From an uncultured Verrucomicrobiales bacterium (lineage in GTDB: Bacteria > Verrucomicrobiota > Verrucomicrobiia > Limisphaerales > UBA1100): 48,834 nt of DNA. Of the stretch, positions 22,375 to 30,483 are shown in pieces. Where the stretch lies: assembly GCA_913041895.1 (NCBI GenBank), contig CAJWKQ010000002.1:1-48834 (forward strand), read 5' to 3'. Made by a program: the position numbers and the translations under genes. The stretch's first letter is position 1, and each line of letters starts with the position of its first letter. A model generated the notes under the pieces. It was given only the letters and a program-made list of their open reading frames with translations, was not told where the DNA came from and searched no databases.

Positions 22375-24132
22375 TTAGGTGTATTTCATAACTTCCTCAA
22401 ATGTAGAAGTCCCCTCAAACATAAGCCGCAAACCGTCTATTCGCAAGGTTTGCATACCTGCATCCACACATTTATCACGCAATTCCAAGGCAGGGGTTCG
22501 GTCAGCAATTAAATTCCTTATTTGGTCATTCATGACTAAAGCCTCGTAAATTCCTCGCCGTCCTCTATACCCAGTATTGCTGCAAAAATCGCAACCCGTT
22601 CCATAGTATAGATCCCCTACCACCTCCTCGTCTTTAAGCCTGAGCATCTTTTGCTGATCAGGAGTAACTTTATTATTCACCTTACATTTTTCACAAATTG
22701 TCTTGCAGAGCCGTTGCGCCAGAATGCCATTAACTGAAGAGGAAATCATAAAAGGCTCCACCCCCATGTCCAACAGCCTGGTAATTGCCTCAGTAGAACT
22801 GTTCGTATGCAAAGTGCTAACTACCAAGTGGCCTGTCAGTGCCGCCTCGATGCCAATTGCTGCAGTTTCTAGATCGCGCATCTCTCCCACTAGAATAATA
22901 TCGGGATCTTGCCTAAGAAATGACTTGAGAGCCTTGGCAAATGTCATTCCCATAGATTCGACAATGTGACACTGAACTATTCCCTCTACCGGGAATTCAA
23001 CGGGGTCTTCTGCTGTAAGTATTTTAGTTTGCTCAGTATTAAGCATTCGCAAACAGGCATACAGAGTCGTCGTCTTACCTGACCCCGTAGGTCCGGTCAC
23101 AAGAAAAACTCCATTGGGTTGCTCAACGCAGTGACGAATACTATAGTCAATCTTTTCAGGTATACTTAAAGCCTCCAAGCTAGTTAAATCCTCATTTGAA
23201 GAATCCAACAAACGTAACACCACAGACTCTCCAAACTTTGTCGGAAGGGTGCTCATCCGAAAGACTAGCTCTAACCCAGCTATCGTTTCCTGAATACGAC
23301 CATCCTGGGGGATTCTTCGCTCAGCAATATTCAATCCCGCCATAATCTTTAAACGGGACGCTATTGCTGGAGCAAGTTCTTTGGGCGGAGGTGTCATTAG
23401 TTTCATTGAACCATCTACCTTCATACGAATCTGATAGGTATCCTCAAACGGCTCAAAATGTATATCTGCGGCCGAATCCTTCAGGGCCTGATAAAGAATC
23501 ATGTTAACGAAACGAACGATAGGCGCTTCATCACCCACTTCCTCCAAAATCTCTAATGCTTGAGGCTCGTCATCTTCCTCATCTTCCGGTTTTTTACCCA
23601 CCAATTTATTATATTTAGCCGCAATACTATCTTCATCCGGACCTGCAGTTTTCCTGGCCTCAAAAGCATCTACTAGCTGTTGATAGGATTCTTCCTCAGC
23701 TGCATATTTTTCATCAATTAGCTTTTGTATCGTAGCAGGATCAGAAACACGTATTTGCAGCGGCTTATTCAACTGATAGGCCAAATCATCCATGACGGTC
23801 GGATTCAAAGGATCCGCTAAACACAAATGAAGCGTCTCCTCGTCCAATCCTATCGGCAGGCAGCTATAATTCTTTGCGGTTTCCTCCGGTATTAGCCCGA
23901 GTAAATCGTCTGTGAACTCAATAGCTGATACATCAATTACATCCGTGCCCAGATACTCGGCCATGAGTTCAAGCTGGGAAGCGGTGTCGAGAACACCTTG
24001 AGCATGAAGAAGCTTGTTTATCGATTCACCAGATAGATTATGCTCCCCCTGTATTGCCTCAATATCCTGAGGATCTGCAAGCTGCCGTTCTGAAATCAAA
24101 TTCAGTAATGGATCTGTGATTAGTCCTTCCAT
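22375..24132 (-). CDS. PilB/GspE-family secretion ATPase (paralog 2)
   Basis: 585 aa with an N-terminal GSPII_E_N-like domain. Walker A GPTGSGKTTT, Walker B/Asp box ILVGEMRD, His box GHLVVSTLHTN. Tetracysteine CKTICEKC...GCDFCSNTGYRGR is typical of extension ATPases. Confidence 0.9.
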   Translation of the reverse strand: MEGLITDPLLNLISERQLADPQDIEAIQGEHNLSGESINKLLHAQGVLDTASQLELMAEYLGTDVIDVSAIEFTDDLLGLIPEETAKNYSCLPIGLDEETLHLCLADPLNPTVMDDLAYQLNKPLQIRVSDPATIQKLIDEKYAAEEESYQQLVDAFEARKTAGPDEDSIAAKYNKLVGKKPEDEEDDEPQALEILEEVGDEAPIVRFVNMILYQALKDSAADIHFEPFEDTYQIRMKVDGSMKLMTPPPKELAPAIASRLKIMAGLNIAERRIPQDGRIQETIAGLELVFRMSTLPTKFGESVVLRLLDSSNEDLTSLEALSIPEKIDYSIRHCVEQPNGVFLVTGPTGSGKTTTLYACLRMLNTEQTKILTAEDPVEFPVEGIVQCHIVESMGMTFAKALKSFLRQDPDIILVGEMRDLETAAIGIEAALTGHLVVSTLHTNSSTEAITRLLDMGVEPFMISSSVNGILAQRLCKTICEKCKVNNKVTPDQQKMLRLKDEEVVGDLYYGTGCDFCSNTGYRGRRGIYEALVMNDQIRNLIADRTPALELRDKCVDAGMQTLRIDGLRLMFEGTSTFEEVMKYT

Positions 24133-24140
24133 GACTATAA

Positions 24141-25319
24141 TTATTCAGGTGGAGGAGGCGGAGGAGGCGCACCCTCAGCCCCAGGGGCTCCGGGCGGGGC
24201 TTCTCCTCGCTCGGCTGCTTCTGCCGCCTGTTGTTCATCATATTCTTTTAACCGCATCATCATCCCATTGTAATCTTGCGCTTTATCCTGACAATCTTCA
24301 CGACTAACCACCCCCTCCGCATACCTATTAAATAACCCATCATCAAGTGTGACCATCCCGTATTTCTGTCCTGTCTGTTGGTCAGAAGGTATACGAAAAG
24401 TCTTATTGTCACGAATAAGTGCAGCGATAGAGGGTGTATTAATCATGATATCATGAATCGCACACCTACCTTTCGGGATTCGCTTAACGAGAATCTGAGA
24501 AATCACCGCCTGCAAAACAGTCGAAAGCTGAATACGGATAGTCTCTTGCTGCTGCATGGGAAAAGCATTCACAATTCTGTCAACCGTTTTGGCGGCTCCC
24601 GTGGTGTGGAGTGTGCCGAAAACCAAGTGACCGGTCTCGGCTGCTGATACAGCCATTTCAATGGTTTCCAAGTCGCGCAGCTCACCTACAAGAATCACCT
24701 CTGGGTCCTGACGTAAGGCTCGTCTTAAAGCCTCCGCAAAACTTGGTACATCCTTATGGACTTCACGCTGAGTGGTGATTGCCTCCTTGTGAGGATGGTA
24801 AAATTCTATGGGATCCTCAATGGTAATAATGTGAGCATGATCCTGCTCCTCGTTAATGATATTAATCATCGAAGCGAGTGTAGTAGATTTTCCCGAACCG
24901 GTTGGTCCTGTCACCAGTATCATCCCACGAGGTGTGTTAAGCAGACGCATGATAAGCGTCTCATCAAGCCCGATCACATCTAATGGCAACAGCTCGTTAG
25001 GAATTTGCCTAAGAACAAGCGCCATATTACCTCGCTCCTTAAATGCAGAAACTCGGAAACGCGCCTTGGTACCGAATGCAAAGCCAAAATCCGCACCCCC
25101 CACTGTCCTGATATTTTGAACTTCATCATCGTTGGCAATTGCCTTCACCAGATATTCAACGTCTTCAGGCTCGCAATCTGGACCCTCAACCCGCTTCAAC
25201 GTACCCCCATCACGATATGCAGGAGGAATACCAACCCGCACATGTAAGTCAGCCGCACCCGAATCAACCATAAGGTTGAGTAAATCCGGCATTTTGTACA
25301 TTGGTTCTTTTTCTGGCAT
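24141..25319 (-). CDS. pilT: PilT-family retraction ATPase with a Pro-rich C-terminal tail
   Basis: 392 aa with no N-terminal GSPII_E_N domain. Motifs MVDSGAADLHV, Walker A GPTGSGKSTT, ILVGELRD, GHLVFGTLHTTGA, and IAALIRDNK (AIRNLIRE-like PilT motif). Tail ...AERGEAPPGAPGAEGAPPPPPPPE. Confidence 0.9.
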   Translation of the reverse strand: MPEKEPMYKMPDLLNLMVDSGAADLHVRVGIPPAYRDGGTLKRVEGPDCEPEDVEYLVKAIANDDEVQNIRTVGGADFGFAFGTKARFRVSAFKERGNMALVLRQIPNELLPLDVIGLDETLIMRLLNTPRGMILVTGPTGSGKSTTLASMINIINEEQDHAHIITIEDPIEFYHPHKEAITTQREVHKDVPSFAEALRRALRQDPEVILVGELRDLETIEMAVSAAETGHLVFGTLHTTGAAKTVDRIVNAFPMQQQETIRIQLSTVLQAVISQILVKRIPKGRCAIHDIMINTPSIAALIRDNKTFRIPSDQQTGQKYGMVTLDDGLFNRYAEGVVSREDCQDKAQDYNGMMMRLKEYDEQQAAEAAERGEAPPGAPGAEGAPPPPPPPE

Positions 25320-25329
25320 AAATATTTAT

Positions 25330-27057
25330 TTAATGTTCATCACTTGCGGTAACCCTCATAACTTCTGCCACTGACGTCTGGCCAGTTGTCACCTTACGCA
25401 CACCATCAGTTCTTAAAGTATTCATATGACCATGCTCAACGGCATAATCCCTCAAATCACCGACCGGCCGCTCATCGATGATCATGCGCTTGAGCTGGTC
25501 CTCAAGCTCCAAAACTTCAAATAATCCCATCCGACCCTTATAACCACCCCCGTCACAAGCATCGCAACCAGTGCCCATCATGGCACGACAATCGACCATC
25601 TCCTCGTCTGTAAGTTGCAATGCATTAATTTCATCTTTATGTAGGTTATGCGGAGCAACACATACCTTACAAAATTTACGAACCAAACGCTGGGCAAGAA
25701 TCGCACGAGTCGCAGCAGCAACAAGAAAAGGCTTTACTCCCATATCCACCATTCGTGTTATCGCCCCAGGAGCATCGTTTGTGTGTAGAGTAGAGAATAC
25801 AAAGTGACCGGTTAACGATGCATTTACCGCAATATTACCCGTCTCTGAATCACGAATCTCACCAACCATAATAATGTTCGGTGCTTGACGAAGCATCGCT
25901 CGCAGCGCCGCTGCAAATGACATGCCCGCAGCATTGTTAACCTGCACTTGATTGATACCTGAAAGAATATACTCAACAGGATCTTCAACGGTAATAATTT
26001 TTTTATTAGGCGAATTTAAGAGGTTTAGACAGGAGTACAAAGTTGTTGTCTTGCCTGAACCCGTTGGGCCCGTAACCAGCATTACCCCATCAGGCATTTG
26101 CGCACTTCGCTCAAAGACCTCTTGATCCTTACGGTCAAACCCCAATTGATCCAATCCAAGATTCAGCCCTCCTTTATCAAGCACACGCATTACGATACTT
26201 TCACCATATAAAGTCGGCAAACAACTAACACGAAAATCAATTTCCCGGTCATCAATAGTTTGTTTATAGCGGCCATCCTGCGGGACCCGCTTTTCTGCAA
26301 TGGACATCCCAGATTCAATTTTGAGACGTGAAACTATCGGGCCACACAAATTCAAAGGAACGGACTCATGCTCACGAAGCACCCCGTCTATTCTATAGCG
26401 AATGCGAAGACGATTTTCGAATGGCTCAATATGAACATCAGACATATCCAATCGGAAGCCATCCGCAATTATCATGTTTACCATTTTAACCAGAGGAGAA
26501 TCCTGCTCATCACCGGTTGAAGCGACACCACTTTCCCCTACCGCTTCTGCTTGCGCATCCCCTATATCTACTTGAGTCTGAGATAACTCGGTTACTAACC
26601 TCTCTACAGCTTCATCCGTTGATCCATAGAAGCGTTCAATAGTCGCCTTAATTTGAGTCTCACTTGAAACTTTATAAACTATATTATCTACCCCCTCTAA
26701 AAGACGATTTAACGCATCTGTTATATCTATATCTCCTGGATCTTCCAGAGCTACTGTCAATGTCCCGTTTTCAAAAGAAACAGGAATAACTTGATAGCGC
26801 CTTGCAATATGTCGAGGCAATGCTTTCAGAGCCTCATCTTTGGGCTGCAGCTCCCTTAGGTCAGCAGTCTCGCATCCATACTGCATACCACGAGCTTGCA
26901 CAAGCAGATCAGGATTCAATGTCTTTTGCAGGACCATTGTATCGATTACCCCTGCCCCAATCGGTTCAGCAGCTGCTCTAGCAGCTTCAATCTGAGCAGC
27001 ATCGACTGTCCCCATATTCATAAGAGTGTCGATAAGGTAATCGTCTTTTACAGCCAT
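25330..27057 (-). CDS. PilB/GspE-family secretion ATPase (paralog 1)
   Basis: 575 aa with an N-terminal GSPII_E_N-like domain (ARRYQVIPVSFENGTLTVALEDP). Walker A GPTGSGKTTT, IMVGEIRD, GHFVFSTLHTN, and tetracysteine CKVCVAP...GCDACDGGGYKGR. Confidence 0.9.
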   Translation of the reverse strand: MAVKDDYLIDTLMNMGTVDAAQIEAARAAAEPIGAGVIDTMVLQKTLNPDLLVQARGMQYGCETADLRELQPKDEALKALPRHIARRYQVIPVSFENGTLTVALEDPGDIDITDALNRLLEGVDNIVYKVSSETQIKATIERFYGSTDEAVERLVTELSQTQVDIGDAQAEAVGESGVASTGDEQDSPLVKMVNMIIADGFRLDMSDVHIEPFENRLRIRYRIDGVLREHESVPLNLCGPIVSRLKIESGMSIAEKRVPQDGRYKQTIDDREIDFRVSCLPTLYGESIVMRVLDKGGLNLGLDQLGFDRKDQEVFERSAQMPDGVMLVTGPTGSGKTTTLYSCLNLLNSPNKKIITVEDPVEYILSGINQVQVNNAAGMSFAAALRAMLRQAPNIIMVGEIRDSETGNIAVNASLTGHFVFSTLHTNDAPGAITRMVDMGVKPFLVAAATRAILAQRLVRKFCKVCVAPHNLHKDEINALQLTDEEMVDCRAMMGTGCDACDGGGYKGRMGLFEVLELEDQLKRMIIDERPVGDLRDYAVEHGHMNTLRTDGVRKVTTGQTSVAEVMRVTASDEH

Positions 27058-27199
27058 AAGCGACTAAGCTAAGACAATGTAGTGCCGTATTGGGGGTCGC
27101 GTCAAATCAGAGCTATACGCAATAACAGATATATATACCTAAGGTATCGAAGCCCTGAGATATTTCGAAATTCCCAATTAAAAGTTTAGCCAAAAAATT

Positions 27200-27982
27200 T
27201 TATTCTTTGAGCTCAACCAGCCAGATATTTCGAAATCGAGTTGGATTCCCATGATCTTGGAGTTGAATTGGGCCTGGGCCATGCTTCTTGTAGGGCCTAA
27301 CATTACGATGCCCACTCGGGCCAATCATTTGGCGTTTATCGTGAACCTTAACACCATTATGCAAAACAGTAACCGTCGCTTTACGTTCGAGCTTCCCCGC
27401 CTCATCCCATTTAGGAGCAAGAAATTCAATGTCATAAGTTTGCCATTCTCCAGGAGGGCGACATGCATTGACCCTTGGCGGAAATTGTCCGTAAAGTGCA
27501 GCACATTGCCCATCAGCATAACTTATATTATCCCATGAATCCAAAACCTGAACCTCATAAGGTCCGCAAAGAAATACACCACTATTCCCCCTTCCCTGAC
27601 TTTCACCTTTGACTTCTTTTGGGGTAGCAAATTCAATATGTAATTTAATCGAACTAAATTTTTGTTTAGTCTGCAAAGAGCCTGACTTCCGGGTCACCTC
27701 CATGTAACCATTTTCGACCTTCCATTTATTATGACTCCATTTACTAGTATCGGTTCCATCGAACAAAACAACGGCTCCTTTCGGAGGTTTTGCTCCAAGT
27801 GTTTTTGAAGGGCCCACTTTGACGATCTCGGGCCGCGGACGTTTTGCGTCATGGACTCGCCATTTCTGACCAGGAATTATTGGCGTATCAGTATATCCGG
27901 GCAGTTTTTTTTCAGCACATAGTGAAGTGAAGCCGGATATAAAAAACAACATGCTAACGGGAAAAATGATAAATTTATTCAT
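27200..27982 (-). CDS. secreted DUF1080 (3-keto-disaccharide hydrolase-like, ConA-fold) protein
   Basis: 260 aa with signal peptide MNKFIIFPVSMLFFISGFTSLCA. Motifs W...NGYMEV, NSGVFL, EVQVLDS and a C-terminal IQLQDHGNPTRFRNIWLVEL, characteristic of DUF1080. Confidence 0.75.
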   Translation of the reverse strand: MNKFIIFPVSMLFFISGFTSLCAEKKLPGYTDTPIIPGQKWRVHDAKRPRPEIVKVGPSKTLGAKPPKGAVVLFDGTDTSKWSHNKWKVENGYMEVTRKSGSLQTKQKFSSIKLHIEFATPKEVKGESQGRGNSGVFLCGPYEVQVLDSWDNISYADGQCAALYGQFPPRVNACRPPGEWQTYDIEFLAPKWDEAGKLERKATVTVLHNGVKVHDKRQMIGPSGHRNVRPYKKHGPGPIQLQDHGNPTRFRNIWLVELKE

Positions 27983-28076
27983 AGTTACTTAATTTAGTTA
28001 AGATTAGGCACCGCCCCATTCCCTCGCAAGGCAAAGTTTCGCTTGGCCAAGGCCAAATGGATGGTTAAAAGGCCGT

Positions 28077-28883
28077 GTGGACAAAAACCTCATACTTCAT
28101 GTTCATGACTTACTGATCCAGCGAGGAGCCAAAAATATAGTTAATGGTCTAAATTGGAAAGTAGATCACGGCGAGCACTGGGTGGTTCTTGGTCCCAATG
28201 GGTGTGGCAAAACATCACTGCTGGCTTCACTCGCCGGGTATTTGTTTCCGACTAGTGGCAACATTCATGTACTTGGAAGTACATTTGGAGAAGACGATTG
28301 GACAAATCTACGCAAACATATCGGCCTTGTTAGCTCCACGCTTAACAAATATATGGCTGAAGACGAACCATTACTCGAAACTATAGTAAGTGGAAAGTAT
28401 GCCATGATCGACCTGTGGCATGAGCCCTCCAATAATGACAAAAAATTAGCTCTAGCCATGCTCAAACGAATTGAGTGTTTGCATCTAAAAAATCAGCCAT
28501 GGGCACAGCTCTCTCAAGGTGAAAGGCAGCGAGCCCTAATTGGGCGCGCCTTAATGGCAAACCCCAAACTCCTCATCCTTGATGAGCCCTGCGCAGGACT
28601 AGACCCAATCGCAAGGGAACACTTCCTTCAGTTCATTGAACGCCTCGCCACCCAAAATATGTCGCCGACAATAGTACTAATCACACATCACACTGAAGAA
28701 ATTATGCCAATGTTCACCCACGCCTTACTTATTCGAAATGGAAAAGATATCGCCCAAGGAAAAGTGAAAACAGTATTGAACGATGCAAATCTTAGCCTAG
28801 CATTCAACTGTCCCGTTCAAATCCGTCGGCGGCAAGGTCGCTACCGACTTGACGCCAAACCTAAAAAGAACTCAGTGATGTAG
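28077..28883 (+). CDS. ABC transporter ATP-binding protein (orphan, ModF/YlmA-like)
   Basis: GTG start. Walker A GPNGCGKTSLL, signature LSQGERQR, Walker B LLILDEP, H-loop ITHH. No permease gene is adjacent. Confidence 0.85.
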   Translation: MDKNLILHVHDLLIQRGAKNIVNGLNWKVDHGEHWVVLGPNGCGKTSLLASLAGYLFPTSGNIHVLGSTFGEDDWTNLRKHIGLVSSTLNKYMAEDEPLLETIVSGKYAMIDLWHEPSNNDKKLALAMLKRIECLHLKNQPWAQLSQGERQRALIGRALMANPKLLILDEPCAGLDPIAREHFLQFIERLATQNMSPTIVLITHHTEEIMPMFTHALLIRNGKDIAQGKVKTVLNDANLSLAFNCPVQIRRRQGRYRLDAKPKKNSVM

Positions 28884-28884
28884 G

Positions 28885-30447
28885 CTAATATTGCGGACCG
28901 GGAAACCAAGGCTGGAATTCTTCATCACCAATTCCATTGAGTTCACTTTTAGTTTTCTCGCCGCTAGCCACCGAAATAATTTTTTCAAAAATCCTCATAC
29001 CTACTTCAGATATTGTTTCAGTGCCATCAATTATGGTTCCTGCATTAATATCCATATCTTCCTCCATCCACTGATAAAGTGCCGTATTACTCGCAACTTT
29101 AATGCAAGGCGCTGGCTTACACCCGTAAACACTTCCTCTCCCAGTAGTAAAAACACCGACATTACAACCTCCAGCAACTAACCCTGTCATGCTGATGGGG
29201 TCATATCCCGGAGTATCCATAAACCCTAAACCAGGGGTATTAATTTTCTCGGCATAATTATACACTGCCATCAGAGGCGACTGACCCGCCTTAGCCAATG
29301 CCCCAAGACTCTTTTCATAGATTGTAGTTAGCCCGCCCTCCTTGTTCCCAATTGATGGGTTATTATCTATTGTGCTGTTATGACGACGTGCATACTCCTC
29401 CCACCACCTGATTTGTTTCATTAATTTTTCAGCTACTTCCGGACTGACTGAGCGGTTTGTAAGCAAATGTTCTGCTCCATATATTTCGGTAGTTTCAGCC
29501 AACACCGATGTCCCACCGTGATTAACCAATTCATCTGAAGCATATCCTAGTGCGGGATTAGCTGTACATCCGCTACTACCATCAGAGCCCCCACAATTCT
29601 CAGCTAACAATAGCTTTGAGAGAGGTTGTTCCGTCCTTTTAACATCAGCCACTTTTGGAAGAATATTTTCTACAGCACGTATTGCAGCTTGGATAGTTTT
29701 CAAAGAACCACCAGTCCCCTGGATTGTCATAAATTCAGGGCGCACCTCTCCCTCCTCAAGCTTGTCCAATTCATAATCCTCCCGAATTCCTTGAATCTGG
29801 TTATCTTCGCAACCTAATCCAATCATTACGTAACCCGAAATATTTGGGTGCCTCGCCATATTCCCCAAAGTTCTACGTATAATTTGCATTGGCCCACCCG
29901 GCTCCACGCCACACCCTCCTTGTGTTTTGAGGGCAATAATACCATCAACATCCGGAAATTGTTTTCTAAAATTCGAATTGTTAAAATGGTTGGCCACATA
30001 TTTGGAGACAGAATTTGAACAATTCACATTGGAAATAACCGCAATATAATTGCGTGTGCCTGCCTGGCCGCCTGGTCGACTATACCCTTTAAAACTACGA
30101 CGGCTAGTTACGTCGTATAACTGGATTGGTTGATAATCTGCGCAAAACTCGTGCTCTCGTTCGTATTCTTTGCAAACAAGATTGTGTGAATGGACATGAT
30201 CTCCGGGCGCGATATTACCCTGAGCAAACCCAATAATTTGACCATACTTTCGCACCGGAGCACCATCTACAACCGTAGCTAATGCGATCTTATGCCCTGA
30301 AGGAATGGTAGCTAAGGCGGTGAAAGTTTGGTCCTCTGAAATTACTTTCGTTCCAATTTTAATGGCCTTTTTAAGTACACCTACATGGTCTCCTTGGTGC
30401 AGACGCAGAGCAACTGAACCTAATTCTATAGAAGTCATGTCAATCAA
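28885..30447 (-). CDS. UxaA-family sugar-acid dehydratase (altronate / galactarate dehydratase-like)
   Basis: 520 aa with an N-terminal SAF-like domain (VALRLHQGDHVGVLKKAIKIGT...IPSGHKIAL). Full-length UxaA/GarD-like C-terminal region (GYVMIGLGCE, ENCGGSDG, GLTTIYEKSLGA, DTPGYD). Confidence 0.85.
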   Translation of the reverse strand: MIDMTSIELGSVALRLHQGDHVGVLKKAIKIGTKVISEDQTFTALATIPSGHKIALATVVDGAPVRKYGQIIGFAQGNIAPGDHVHSHNLVCKEYEREHEFCADYQPIQLYDVTSRRSFKGYSRPGGQAGTRNYIAVISNVNCSNSVSKYVANHFNNSNFRKQFPDVDGIIALKTQGGCGVEPGGPMQIIRRTLGNMARHPNISGYVMIGLGCEDNQIQGIREDYELDKLEEGEVRPEFMTIQGTGGSLKTIQAAIRAVENILPKVADVKRTEQPLSKLLLAENCGGSDGSSGCTANPALGYASDELVNHGGTSVLAETTEIYGAEHLLTNRSVSPEVAEKLMKQIRWWEEYARRHNSTIDNNPSIGNKEGGLTTIYEKSLGALAKAGQSPLMAVYNYAEKINTPGLGFMDTPGYDPISMTGLVAGGCNVGVFTTGRGSVYGCKPAPCIKVASNTALYQWMEEDMDINAGTIIDGTETISEVGMRIFEKIISVASGEKTKSELNGIGDEEFQPWFPGPQY

Positions 30448-30483
30448 TCATAATGTGCCGCCCACCCCGGACACAACAGAAAC

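Noticed and set aside
24150-24190. Purine-rich GGAGGAGGCGGAGGAGG run on the plus strand, which looks like repeated Shine-Dalgarno sites or a simple-sequence repeat.
   Set aside because: It is the antisense of the CCN proline codons of the PilT C-terminal tail. There is no plus-strand gene downstream.
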